NCBI GenBank assembly: GCA_051955835.1
Contig: JBQCGH010000105.1
Span: 41,242 to 105,241 of the forward strand
From: Gemmatimonadales bacterium
GTDB taxonomy: Bacteria; Gemmatimonadota; Gemmatimonadetes; Gemmatimonadales; GWC2-71-9
DNA: 64,000 nt
Direction of reading: 5' to 3'
Shown: positions 1-10,588 of the stretch, piece after piece
Layout of the letters: each line of letters begins with the position of its first letter
Numbering within the stretch: the first letter of the stretch is position 1
Translations under genes and position numbers: made by a program
The notes under the pieces: model-generated
The model's database searches: none
Told to the model about the DNA's origin: nothing
The model's input: only the letters and a program-made list of their open reading frames with translations

Positions 1-255
1 GCGCTCACGGTCCCAGCGTCCGCGGTCGTGTCGGGCCAGCAGGGCAGCTTCGTCTTCGTAATCCAGCCCGACAGCTCGGCGGCTACGCGGAAGGTGACGG
101 TGGCCCGGACGGCGGGCGATATCGCGCTGGTGAGCGGCGATGTCAAGGCGGGCGACCGCGTCGTCACCGACGGCCAGCTCCGCCTGCGGCAGGGCAGCAA
201 GGTCCAGATCAAGGCCCGGGGCGACAGTGCCCGCGCGGCTACGGGGGCATCATGA
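1..255 (+). CDS. RND efflux periplasmic adaptor (membrane fusion protein), C-terminal fragment; 5' end lies outside the window
   Basis: The frame is open from base 1. The tail ...GSFVFVIQPD..VTVARTAG..GDRVVTDGQLRLRQGSKV resembles the C-terminal end of AcrA/MdtA-type adaptors. Its stop overlaps the pump ATG (ATGA at 252-255). Confidence 0.6.
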   Translation, partial: ALTVPASAVVSGQQGSFVFVIQPDSSAATRKVTVARTAGDIALVSGDVKAGDRVVTDGQLRLRQGSKVQIKARGDSARAATGAS

Positions 256-3200
256 ACTTCACCGCCCTGTTCATCCGGCGGCCGGTCATGACGACGCTGG
301 TCATGGCCGGAATCTTGATTTTCGGCATCGTGGCGTACCGCGAGCTGCCGGTGAGCGACCTCCCCGCGGTCGACTATCCGACCATCTCCGTGAGCGCGAA
401 CCTCTCCGGGGCAAGCCCCGAGACCATGGCGTCCGCGGTGGCGACGCCGCTCGAGAAGCAGTTCTCGACCATCCCCGGGATCGAGACGATGAGCTCGACC
501 AGCAGTCAGGGGAACACGCAGATCTCGCTGCAGTTCGCGCTGAGTCGGAACATCGACGCGGCCGCCCAGGACGTGCAGGCCGCGATCTCGCAGGCCCAGC
601 GGCAGCTTCCCCAGGACATGCTGCCGCCCAGCTTCCGCAAGGTCGACCCCTCCTCGGCGGCGATCCTGTATTACGCCCTGCGCTCGAACACGATGCCGCT
701 CTCGCAGCTCGACCAGTATGCGGAGACGTTCCTGGCGCAGCGGCTCTCCACGGTTGACGGCGTCGCGCAGGTGCAGGTGTACGGCTCGCAGAAGTATGCC
801 GTGCGGATCATGCTCGATCCGCAGCAGCTCTCCGCGCGCAGCATCGGGATCGACGAGGTGGCGACCTCGGTGCAGAACGGCAACGTCAACGTCCCGACCG
901 GGATTCTATGGGGCACGGACAAGGCCTACTCGGTGGAGAGCCAAGGCCAGCTCACCGACGCCGCTGCCTTCGGCAACCTGGTCGTGGCCTGGCGTGACGG
1001 GGCGCCGGTGCGCCTCGGCGACCTGGGCAAGGTGGTGGACAGCGTCCAGGATACCAAGCAGGCGAGCTGGTTCAACGGCCAGCGCGCCATCGTGCTCGCG
1101 ATTCAGCGGCAGCCCGGCACCAACACGGTGGCGGTGGCGCAACGGGTGAAGGACGAGGTCGAACAGCTCCGGCCGCAGCTCCCGGCCTCCGTCGAGATGG
1201 CGACGCTCTACGACCGCTCGCAGAGCGTGAAGGCCGGGGTGTCGGACGTGAAGTTCACCCTCTTCCTCGCCCTGTGTCTGGTCGTGATGGTGATCTTCCT
1301 GTTCCTCCGAAACGTGCGGGCCACGGCCATCCCCGCGCTCGCCCTGCCGATGTCGCTGGTGGGCACGTTCTCGGTGATGTACCTGCTGGGCTTCAGCCTG
1401 GACAACCTGTCGTTGATGGCGCTCACGCTCGCCGTCGGTTTCGTGGTGGACGACGCCATCGTCGTGCTCGAGAACGTCGTGCGCCATATCGAGAACGGCG
1501 AACCCGTCATGGAGGCGGCCCTCAACGGGAGCCGCGAGATCAGCTTCACGGTGGTCTCCATGACGCTCTCGCTGGTGGCCGTGTTCATCCCGGTCCTGCT
1601 GCTCGGGGGTTTAATCGGGCGGCTGTTCCGCGAGTTCGCCGTGACGATCGGCGTGGCGATCCTGGTGTCGGGCTTCGTGTCCCTCACGCTCACGCCCATG
1701 CTCTCGAGCCGCTGGCTTCGGCACGAGCCGAAAGACGCACCGCGCGGGCGCTGGTACCGGGCCACCGAGCGTGCCTGGGAGGCCTCGCTGGCCGGATACG
1801 AGCGGAGCCTCGCGTGGGTCATGGACCGCCGCGGCCTCGCCATGCTCTTCAGCCTGGGCATCTTGATCGGAACGATCGTGCTGGGCCGCATCGTGCCGAA
1901 GGGCTTCATCCCCAGCGAGGATACGGGCCAGTTGAGCGGCACGACCGAGACCGCCGAGGGCACGAGCTACGATGCCATGGAGCAGCACCAGCGGGCGGCG
2001 GCCGCCATCGTGCAGGAGGATCCGAACGTAGACGGCTTCATGTCCTCCATCGGGGCTGGCGGGCGGAGCAATACGGTGAACCAGGGGCGGCTCTTTATCC
2101 ACCTCAAGGACCGCGATCAGCGGTCGATGGATGCCGACGAGGTGGCGCAGTCGCTCACCCGGAAGCTCGCGGCGGTGCCGGGACTCCGCGTGTTCATGAC
2201 CAATCCGCCGGTGATCAACATCGGCGGCCGCTCGTCCAAGAGCCTGTATCAGTTCACCCTGCAGAGCTCCGACATGGATGCGCTGTACCAGGGCGCCACC
2301 CGCCTCGAGCAGCGGCTGCACGACATCCCCGGTCTCACGGACGTCACCTCGGACCTGCAGATCAAGAACCCGGAGGTGCAGGTCAGCATCAACCGCGATC
2401 GCGCGTCCGCGCTGGGCATCGACGCCAACCAGATCGAGAACGCGCTCTACAACGCCTACGGCGCGCGCCAGGTCAGCACGATCTATACCCCCAATGACCA
2501 GTACTGGGTGGTGATGGAGCTGCTCCCGCAGTACCAGCGCGACCTCTCGGCGATGAACCTGCTCCACCTGACCGGTCGCGACGGCGTGTCGGTGCCGCTC
2601 GGCAGCCTGGCACAAGTGACCACCGGCACCGGTCCGCTGACGGTGAACCACTCGGGCCAGCTCCCGTCGGTCACGCTCTCGTTCAATCTCGAGCCCGGGA
2701 CCTCGATCGGCACCGCGGTCGGGCGCGTGCAACAGGCCGCGCGCGAGGTGCTCCCGTCCACCATCAGCACGGCCTTCTCGGGCACCGCCGCGGCGTTCCA
2801 GGACGCGCAGCAGGGGCTGCTGGTACTGCTGATCCTCGCGATCGTAGTGATCTATCTGGTGCTCGGGATCCTGTACGAGAGCTTCGTGCACCCGATCACC
2901 ATTCTCTCCGGCCTGCCGTTCGCGGGCTTCGGCGCCCTGCTCGCGCTGGTGGTCTTCCAGCAGGACCTGAGCATCTACGCGTTCGTCGGCATCATCATGC
3001 TGATCGGGATCGTGAAGAAGAACGCGATCATGATGATCGACTTCGCGATCGAGGCCGAGCGCAAGGAGGGGAAGAACGCGCGGGATTCGATCTTGGAGGC
3101 GGCCAGCGTCCGGTTCCGGCCGATCATGATGACTACGATGGCGGCCTTGGTCGGCACGCTGCCGATCGCGCTGGGGCACGGCGCCGGCGCGGAATCGCGG

Positions 3201-3413
3201 CGCCCGCTGGGCATCGCGGTGGTCGGCGGCCTCGCGTTCTCGCAGCTCATCACGCTGTACATCACGCCCGTGATCTACACCTATCTGGACGCGCTGCAGC
3301 ACCGGTTCGGGAGTGGCCGGCAGGCCCGCGCGCGGGAACGGCAGGCGGAGCGTGGCCGGGACCACGCGCCCGGCATCGCGCCGGATGCGGCGGCGCGGGT
3401 ACGGACAGTGTAA
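252..3413 (+). CDS. RND (HAE1, AcrB/MdtB/MdtC-like) multidrug efflux permease
   Basis: 1053-aa ORF. N-terminus MNFTALFIRRPVMTTLVMAGILIFG, plus LAVGFVVDDAIVVLENV and GIVKKNAIMMIDFA, are hallmark RND transporter sequences. It is translationally coupled to the upstream adaptor. Confidence 0.95.
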   Translation: MNFTALFIRRPVMTTLVMAGILIFGIVAYRELPVSDLPAVDYPTISVSANLSGASPETMASAVATPLEKQFSTIPGIETMSSTSSQGNTQISLQFALSRNIDAAAQDVQAAISQAQRQLPQDMLPPSFRKVDPSSAAILYYALRSNTMPLSQLDQYAETFLAQRLSTVDGVAQVQVYGSQKYAVRIMLDPQQLSARSIGIDEVATSVQNGNVNVPTGILWGTDKAYSVESQGQLTDAAAFGNLVVAWRDGAPVRLGDLGKVVDSVQDTKQASWFNGQRAIVLAIQRQPGTNTVAVAQRVKDEVEQLRPQLPASVEMATLYDRSQSVKAGVSDVKFTLFLALCLVVMVIFLFLRNVRATAIPALALPMSLVGTFSVMYLLGFSLDNLSLMALTLAVGFVVDDAIVVLENVVRHIENGEPVMEAALNGSREISFTVVSMTLSLVAVFIPVLLLGGLIGRLFREFAVTIGVAILVSGFVSLTLTPMLSSRWLRHEPKDAPRGRWYRATERAWEASLAGYERSLAWVMDRRGLAMLFSLGILIGTIVLGRIVPKGFIPSEDTGQLSGTTETAEGTSYDAMEQHQRAAAAIVQEDPNVDGFMSSIGAGGRSNTVNQGRLFIHLKDRDQRSMDADEVAQSLTRKLAAVPGLRVFMTNPPVINIGGRSSKSLYQFTLQSSDMDALYQGATRLEQRLHDIPGLTDVTSDLQIKNPEVQVSINRDRASALGIDANQIENALYNAYGARQVSTIYTPNDQYWVVMELLPQYQRDLSAMNLLHLTGRDGVSVPLGSLAQVTTGTGPLTVNHSGQLPSVTLSFNLEPGTSIGTAVGRVQQAAREVLPSTISTAFSGTAAAFQDAQQGLLVLLILAIVVIYLVLGILYESFVHPITILSGLPFAGFGALLALVVFQQDLSIYAFVGIIMLIGIVKKNAIMMIDFAIEAERKEGKNARDSILEAASVRFRPIMMTTMAALVGTLPIALGHGAGAESRRPLGIAVVGGLAFSQLITLYITPVIYTYLDALQHRFGSGRQARARERQAERGRDHAPGIAPDAAARVRTV

Positions 3414-3467
3414 GAGCGACACGGCAGGCACGCACCCAGCGCGGCGAGCGACCCGGCCGCGCGGTCC

Positions 3468-4979
3468 TCAGATCCCGTACAGGTCCGCGTATTTCCGGGT
3501 CAGCACCGCGACCAGGGGCCGGTGGTCGGGGGGCGAGCCCGTCACCACCTCGATCAGCCGCGCCGACGGATATCTCGCCCCCTCCCGATACACCCGCCGA
3601 CCCAGCCACGCGACCAGCTCGCCGAACTCGCCCCGCGCGAACTGCTCGCCCAGGTCGCCGAGCTCGCGCTCGGCCGCGGCGTACAGCTGGGCGGCGAAGA
3701 CGTCGCCCAAGGTGTAGGTCGGGAAGTAGCCGATCAGCCCGTCGGCCCAGTGGCCATCCTGGAGACAGCCCTCGGCGTCGCCCCGCGGGGCGAGTCCGAG
3801 GGTGTCGCGGTAGGCGGCCTGCCACGCGTCCGGCACATCGGCCACGGCGAGCGTGCCCGAGACGAGCGCCCGCTCGAGGTCGAACCGGATCATCACGTGC
3901 AGATTGTAGGTGACCTCGTCGGCCTGGATCCGGACGTAGGAGGGCGCCACCCGGTTCACCGCCGCGTGAAACTCGTCGGGCGAGACGTCGCCCAGGCTCT
4001 CGGGAAAGAGCTCGCGGGCCCGCGGGTAGAAGTAATCCCAGAACCCGCGGTCGCGGCCCACCCGGTTCTCCCAGAACCGGGCTTGCGCCTCGTCCATGCC
4101 GACCGAGGCCGCCTCGCCGACCGCGGTGCCGTAGTGCGCGGGGTCGAGGCCCTGCTCGTACAATCCGTGGCCGACCTCGTGCAGAATGGTGAACAACCCG
4201 CCCGCGAAGTCCCGCTCGTCGAACCGCACCGACACGCGGCAGTCGCCCGGACCGATCGCGGTGCAGGAGGGATGGACGCCGAGATCCATGCGGCCGCGGG
4301 TGAAATCGAAGCCGACCGCGGCGGCGACCGTCTCGCCGAACCGACGCTGGCGCTCGCGGGGAAAGTGGCGGCGGAGCACCGACAGGTCCGGACGGCGCGC
4401 GCCGCCGGCGAGCCGGTCGACCAGCGGGACCAGCTCGCGGCGCAGCGCCGCGAACAGCCGAGCCACCACGCGGCTTCGCAGCCCGGGCTCGAAGTCCTCG
4501 AGCAGCGCGTCGTAGGGCTCTTCCGCGTACCCGACGCAGTCGGCCTCGCCCCGCTTGAGGGTGACAATCCGCTCGAGCCAGGGCCGGAACCGCGAGAAGT
4601 CGGACGCGGCCCGGGCCGCCGCCCACGCCTTCTGGGCCAACGCGGTGGTGCGCGCCACGTCTTCGACCAGCGTCCGCGGCAGCCGGACGAAGCGATCGTA
4701 CTCGCGCCGGAGCGCCCGCACGTTGATCGCGGCCGGCGAGGCCGGATCCGCGAGCAAATTCGAGGTCTCGACCGTCGCGATGAGCTCACCCACCCGGGGA
4801 TCGGTCCCGCGCTCGTGCAACAGGCCGGCGACCAGGGCGAGCTGCTCGCTCCGGTTCTCGACGCCCCCCGGTGGCATATACGCGTCCTGGTCCCACTCGA
4901 GCAGCGCTTCGATCGTGGTCAGGAGCGACTCGTCACGCACTCGGCGGATGAGCTCGTCGTAGGCTTGCTCCGCGTGCAT
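3468..4979 (-). CDS. M32 family metallocarboxypeptidase (Taq carboxypeptidase-like)
   Basis: HEVGHGLYEQG zinc motif and VRIQADEVTYNLH are typical of M32. Start set to ATG 4979 (MHAEQAYDELIRR...), which has GGAGG upstream. The extra 74 codons of the 577-aa track ORF are Arg/Ala-rich read-through. Confidence 0.9.
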   Translation of the reverse strand: MHAEQAYDELIRRVRDESLLTTIEALLEWDQDAYMPPGGVENRSEQLALVAGLLHERGTDPRVGELIATVETSNLLADPASPAAINVRALRREYDRFVRLPRTLVEDVARTTALAQKAWAAARAASDFSRFRPWLERIVTLKRGEADCVGYAEEPYDALLEDFEPGLRSRVVARLFAALRRELVPLVDRLAGGARRPDLSVLRRHFPRERQRRFGETVAAAVGFDFTRGRMDLGVHPSCTAIGPGDCRVSVRFDERDFAGGLFTILHEVGHGLYEQGLDPAHYGTAVGEAASVGMDEAQARFWENRVGRDRGFWDYFYPRARELFPESLGDVSPDEFHAAVNRVAPSYVRIQADEVTYNLHVMIRFDLERALVSGTLAVADVPDAWQAAYRDTLGLAPRGDAEGCLQDGHWADGLIGYFPTYTLGDVFAAQLYAAAERELGDLGEQFARGEFGELVAWLGRRVYREGARYPSARLIEVVTGSPPDHRPLVAVLTRKYADLYGI

Positions 4980-5068
4980 GGTCCTCCGCAGTGATGGGGG
5001 TGATACGTTGGCATGGGGTTGGTCCGGGAGTAACATACACATGACACCCCCCGCCGGACGGAGCCCCG

Positions 5069-6523
5069 ATGTTGACCCCCGCCGAGGAGCATGGCCTCGC
5101 CGGGCTGGCCGTCGCCAGCCGGGTGCAGCACGCGCTCTATCGTCTCGCGCCCGCCGAGCAAGCCGGGCTGATCGAGCGGCTTCGGGCCGGCGCGCTCGCA
5201 CAGCACGTGGTCTACCTGCACGAGGGCGAGGTCGAGCCCATCCGAATCCTGCCCGCGCCGATCACCGTGCTGCCGGACCAGCTGGCGTACGTTCACCACG
5301 TCACGCTCACGGTACAGAACGCGCTCAAGCGGCTGCCGTCGCTCTATCTACACGACTTCTCGGTGCGCGAGATCCTGCGCCTCCCCGATGCCGAGGAGGC
5401 GTGGCTCCGCGAGTGCTGGGGGCCGCGGCAGGAGTCGCAGAACCCGGTGTTCGGGCGGCTCGACGCGCTGGTGGACTTCACCAGCCCGATGTGGAAGGAA
5501 ACGCTTCGCTTCGTCGAGCCGAACCTGATGGGTATCGGCGGCCTCCACCTGGTACCGACCTGCGAGCGCCTGATCGCCGACATCGTCGGGCCGGTGCTTC
5601 GTGCCGGCGACGACGCGCTCGACCTCGCAGTCGGCCAGGACATGCGCGAGCTGCTCACGGGGACGCTTCTCGAGCACATGGCCGCCACCGGCTGCGGGCG
5701 CCAAATCTGCTTCATCGAGCCCAAGTATGCCGGCACCGGCCCCGACGAGCAGGCGCAGCTCGCTCGCTACCTCGAGCGTCACCACGGCCTCCGCGTCATG
5801 CACGCGGATCCGGCGGAGCTCTCCGTCCGTGACGGTGCCGTGTGGTACGGCGACGAGCGAGTGGACCTGGCCTATCGTGACTACGGGGTGGTGGACCTGC
5901 TCGAGCTCGCGGACGAAGGCGTGGACGTCGAGCCGATGCGTATGCTCCTGCGGGAGAACCGGGTGGTCTCCTCGATCGCCGCCGATCTCGACCAGAAGGC
6001 GTGCTGGGAGGTGCTTACCGATCCGCGTCTGTGCCAGCAGTACTTCACCCCCGCGGAGCGGCAGGTGTTCCAGCGGCACATCCTGTGGACCCGGGTGCTC
6101 GGCGATCGCCGCACGGTCCTGCCCGACGGCCGGACCGGTCACCTGATCGACTTCGCCCGGTGGCATCACGAGGCGCTGGTGCTTAAGCCCAATCGGGCCT
6201 ACGGGGGCGATGGGATCGTGATCGGTCCGGCGGTAACGCGCGAGCAGTGGGAGGCGGCGGTGGCCGCGGCGCTGGAGGACCAGGACGATCGCTGGGTGGT
6301 GCAGCAGGTCGCATCGATCCCCGTGCGCGAATTCCCGGTGGCCGGGCCCGACGGCGCGGTGCACATCGAGCCGTTTTACACGGTCATGGGATTCGCGGCG
6401 AGCGACGACGGCGTGGCCATTCTCGCGCGGGCGTCGCAGAAGCAGGTCGTGAACGTGGCGCAGCACGGCGGCCTGTGCGGCGTGCTGGTAAGCCGGTCCA
6501 GGCCGGTGATCGGCGAGGCATAA
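5069..6523 (+). CDS. ATP-grasp superfamily protein (glutathionylspermidine-synthase-like / circularly permuted ATP-grasp type), substrate unknown
   Basis: 484 aa. The motifs GRLDALVDF...LRFVEPNLMGIGG, LVLKPNRAYGGDGIVIG, WVVQQ and QVVNVAQHGGLCGVLV match the pattern of GSP-synthase/CP-ATP-grasp ligases. GGAG lies 6 nt upstream of the ATG. Confidence 0.6.
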   Translation: MLTPAEEHGLAGLAVASRVQHALYRLAPAEQAGLIERLRAGALAQHVVYLHEGEVEPIRILPAPITVLPDQLAYVHHVTLTVQNALKRLPSLYLHDFSVREILRLPDAEEAWLRECWGPRQESQNPVFGRLDALVDFTSPMWKETLRFVEPNLMGIGGLHLVPTCERLIADIVGPVLRAGDDALDLAVGQDMRELLTGTLLEHMAATGCGRQICFIEPKYAGTGPDEQAQLARYLERHHGLRVMHADPAELSVRDGAVWYGDERVDLAYRDYGVVDLLELADEGVDVEPMRMLLRENRVVSSIAADLDQKACWEVLTDPRLCQQYFTPAERQVFQRHILWTRVLGDRRTVLPDGRTGHLIDFARWHHEALVLKPNRAYGGDGIVIGPAVTREQWEAAVAAALEDQDDRWVVQQVASIPVREFPVAGPDGAVHIEPFYTVMGFAASDDGVAILARASQKQVVNVAQHGGLCGVLVSRSRPVIGEA

Positions 6524-6575
6524 GCCGGCTCAGCGGCAGACCTCCTAGTCGCCCGGCTGACGGCGCGGACAACTG

Positions 6576-6607
6576 ACGGGGGCATGCGCCGCGGCGCATG
6601 CCCCCGT
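6576..6607. terminator. Perfect 32-nt palindrome (ACGGGGGCATGCGCC GC GGCGCATGCCCCCGT) between convergent genes; probable bidirectional intrinsic terminator
   Basis: Read directly from the sequence. The 15-bp GC-rich arms lie between the stop at 6523 (+) and the stop at 6632 (-). T residues follow on the plus side (TTGCGTTG). Confidence 0.6.
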
Positions 6608-6631
6608 TGCGTTGCGGACCTCCGGACATGG

Positions 6632-7189
6632 TCAGCCCGGCCAGACCCGGCGGCACTCGATCACGGTCGCCGCGAGCGGGGTCGGGAGCAACATCGGTGC
6701 GGATGAGTGTACACAGAACTCCTGCGCGGGCCCGAGCGTCATCTGCCGGCCCCACAGCGCGGCCTTCCCCTCGCGCACCACCGGCGCGAGCGTCGCGAAC
6801 AGGTCCGGATAGCGCATGCCTGCCGGCTTCGCGAACCATGAGACGACCTTCGGCGGATCATCCGTCGCGCCGAGGCGTGCGGAGTAGAGACCGGCCGTGC
6901 CACCGGCCGCCAGTGCGGCCGCGGCATCGTGCGGTCCGTGGCGCGATGCACTCACCGCGGCCGCGTTGAGCGGGTCGATCGCCGCGGAATCATCGAGTAG
7001 GTACCAGTCCTCGTACGAGTCGGCACCGCCGCCAGCCCACGCAGCGCCCGAGATGCCGGCACACCACGAGCGTCGGAAGCCCGGCGGCGGCACGGCCGCG
7101 AGCGCCTCGTGGAATCGGCGTTGCGCCGCTTCGTAGTCGGCGGCCGATACGTCCGGGCGACGCCAGTGCCAGAACACATAGGCGAGCAC
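6632..7189 (-). CDS. Hypothetical protein (about 185 aa)
   Basis: The C-terminal part of the 300-aa track ORF looks protein-like (VLAYVFWHWRRPDVSAADYEAAQRRFHEAL...YEDWYLLDD...). GTG at 7189 has GAGGAG 6 nt upstream and sits just after the stop of the preceding gene (7200-7202). No family recognised. Confidence 0.55.
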   Translation of the reverse strand: MLAYVFWHWRRPDVSAADYEAAQRRFHEALAAVPPPGFRRSWCAGISGAAWAGGGADSYEDWYLLDDSAAIDPLNAAAVSASRHGPHDAAAALAAGGTAGLYSARLGATDDPPKVVSWFAKPAGMRYPDLFATLAPVVREGKAALWGRQMTLGPAQEFCVHSSAPMLLPTPLAATVIECRRVWPG

Positions 7190-7199
7190 GACAATCTCC

Positions 7200-7889
7200 T
7201 CAGCGATCGGTGTCGGAGGGCTCGGTCGACCGGCCGAAGGCGATCTCGGTTGTGTAGCCGTCCGCGTGGACCATCGCCTCGAGCAGACGTCGCGCGCTCT
7301 CCTTCGCGTGTCCCGCCAGCTCGAGCTGGTTCGCCGACGCGACCAGTTGGCGGCGCGCGAGCGCGAAGATGGTGTCCCGGTCGGCGGGCCGGAATGGGTT
7401 CCAGAGTCCGCGCTGCTCGTCGTAGGTCCTGAGGTCGGTGATCTCGACGCCCATGACCGCCGGCTCCGGGAGCGTGATCCGGACGCGGTGCGAGGGTCGG
7501 TCCACGGTGACCTCCGTGCCATGGTCGAGATCAAAACCGGTCAGCACCTTGCCGGTCACCACGACGAGCGACCGCTTGGTCGAGCCGAGCCGGCTATTCT
7601 CGTACACCACCACGTCGCGCAGCATGGTTTCGCTCGTCACCAGGCGGGCGACCGCGCGGGTCTGCTCGACCACGACCGCCTGACTGACGTTCGTGTCACC
7701 GCCGGTGAGCCGCCCGAGCGCCGCGGAGCCGTACGCGACGCGACGCCCGGCCACGACGGCGAGCCCGAAGAGCACGAGGGCCAGCACCAGCGGCCACACC
7801 GGCCGCCGAGGCGCGCTATCGGCCACGCTGCGCCATGGCCGACTCGACCTCGGCCGGTTCGCGGGGCGCGCGGCTGAGCCACTCGACAC
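7200..7889 (-). CDS. DUF4230 family membrane-anchored protein
   Basis: N-terminal TM segment (WPLVLALVLFGLAVVAG) followed by VVVEQTRAVARLVTSE...LVVVTGKVLTGFDL, the characteristic DUF4230 pattern. The true start may be the GTG at 7826, because 7889 overlaps the upstream gene by 74 nt. Confidence 0.65.
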   Translation of the reverse strand: MSSGSAARPANRPRSSRPWRSVADSAPRRPVWPLVLALVLFGLAVVAGRRVAYGSAALGRLTGGDTNVSQAVVVEQTRAVARLVTSETMLRDVVVYENSRLGSTKRSLVVVTGKVLTGFDLDHGTEVTVDRPSHRVRITLPEPAVMGVEITDLRTYDEQRGLWNPFRPADRDTIFALARRQLVASANQLELAGHAKESARRLLEAMVHADGYTTEIAFGRSTEPSDTDR

Positions 7890-9263
7890 CGGTGCCCGTG
7901 ATGGCGTAGTCGTCCTCGATCCGAACGCCGATGCCGTTGTACCGCTGGACCGCCGGACGGACCTTCGCGATCATCGCGCGGTTCTTCGGCGTGTCCGGCA
8001 GCATGTCGAGCAGCCGCGTGCTCACGTACACCCCGGGCTCGATGGTGAAGACCTCTCCCGGGGCAAAGCGACCCGCGTCCTTCCACGGGTGGGGCGGGTC
8101 GTGTACCTCGAGCCCGATGCCGTGGCCCAGCCCGTGGGCCATGTAGAGAAAGGCCTGGGTGCACCGGACGGCCTCCTGCCGGCACTGGTCGGCCCAGGGC
8201 GGATCGAAGGTGGCGTCCACGCCTTCGGTGAGTCCGAGCCGGGCGACCGCGCGCGCGATCACGGCGCGCGCGGAGTCGCGCCATGCCTCGTAGGACGCGC
8301 CAGGGGCCGCGACGCGCTCCGCCGCGCGTTGGGCGTCGCGTACGATCTGGTAGATCGCCCGCTGGTCGGCGGTGAACCGCCCGCTGACCGGAACCGTCCG
8401 GGTCACGTCGGCCGCATAGCCGTCCCATCCGGCGCCGACGTCCATCACGAGCACGTCGCCCGCGCGCATCTGCCGCTGGTTGGCCTCGTAGTGGTACTGG
8501 GTCGAGTTGGGTCCCGAGCCGATGATCGAGCCGAACGCCGGACCGTCCCCGCCGCTCCGGCGGAAGGCCGCGCTGAAGAGTGCCTCGATCTGATACTCGA
8601 ACAAGCCTGGGCGGACCGTGCGCATCGCCTCGCGCTGCGCGGCGACCGTCACATCGATCGCCCGCCGGAGCAACGCCAGCTCGGCCGGGCTCTTCCGGGC
8701 GCGAAGACTGTCCACCGTGGGGTGAGCGTCCCGGACCGTGGCGCGTGGATGCGCCTGCGCGAAGGCCCCCATGAAGACGGCGCCGCGCGTCAGCGTGTCG
8801 GTGTCGGCATAGTCCTCGCCGGCGTAGTCCCGCAGCGTGTACACGGTGTCTCCGCGGGCAGCCAGCGAGTCGAGCATCGGCGGCAGCGCCGAGATCGAGC
8901 GTACCCCAAGCCCGGTGGCGCGCGCGAGGGCCGAGGAGTCCGGCGGGAATCCGTCGTACAGCACCCGACGCGGATCGCGCGGCTGCGTGAACAGCGTGCC
9001 TGCCGCGCGGCCGCCATGGAGCACGAGCAGGAGCGCGGCGTCGTGCTCGCGCACCCCGGTGAGCCAGCCGAAGGCCGGAAGCTGCGACTGTCGCGCGACT
9101 TCGGTCGGCGACACGGCGCCGAACGCGACCACCACGCCATCGCCCAGATGCGCGGCAAGCGTATCGCGTCGGGCGGCATACTCGGCGGGGGAGATCTGGG
9201 CGGCGAGCGCCGCCGGCGCCAGCAGCAGGGCGATCGCGCGGATCAGTGCGCGCATGCGGATCC

Positions 9264-9267
<4 letters not shown>
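7816..9267 (-). CDS. Secreted Xaa-Pro aminopeptidase (M24B)
   Basis: Signal peptide [25 protein letters not shown]24B motifs [41 protein letters not shown] and GVRIEDD are present. ATG 9267 overlaps the dctA stop (ATGA). The upstream part of the 864-aa track ORF is read-through. Confidence 0.9.
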
Positions 9268-10544
<1,277 letters not shown>

Positions 10545-10588
10545 GATCCTCGGCGGTGGGGAGCGTACGGGGAGGAGTGTCGTCGAAG

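Noticed and set aside
1611-3431. Long antisense ORFs opposite real genes (for example 1611-3431 minus, 3262-4626 minus, 12717-14294 minus, 20667-22193 minus, 24334-25848 minus, 26214-27743 plus, 61355-62764 minus).
   Set aside because: Their composition is dominated by Arg, Pro, Gly, Ala and His, with no recognisable motifs. Each lies exactly opposite a gene with strong family signatures. These are typical shadow ORFs of GC-rich DNA that lacks stop codons.
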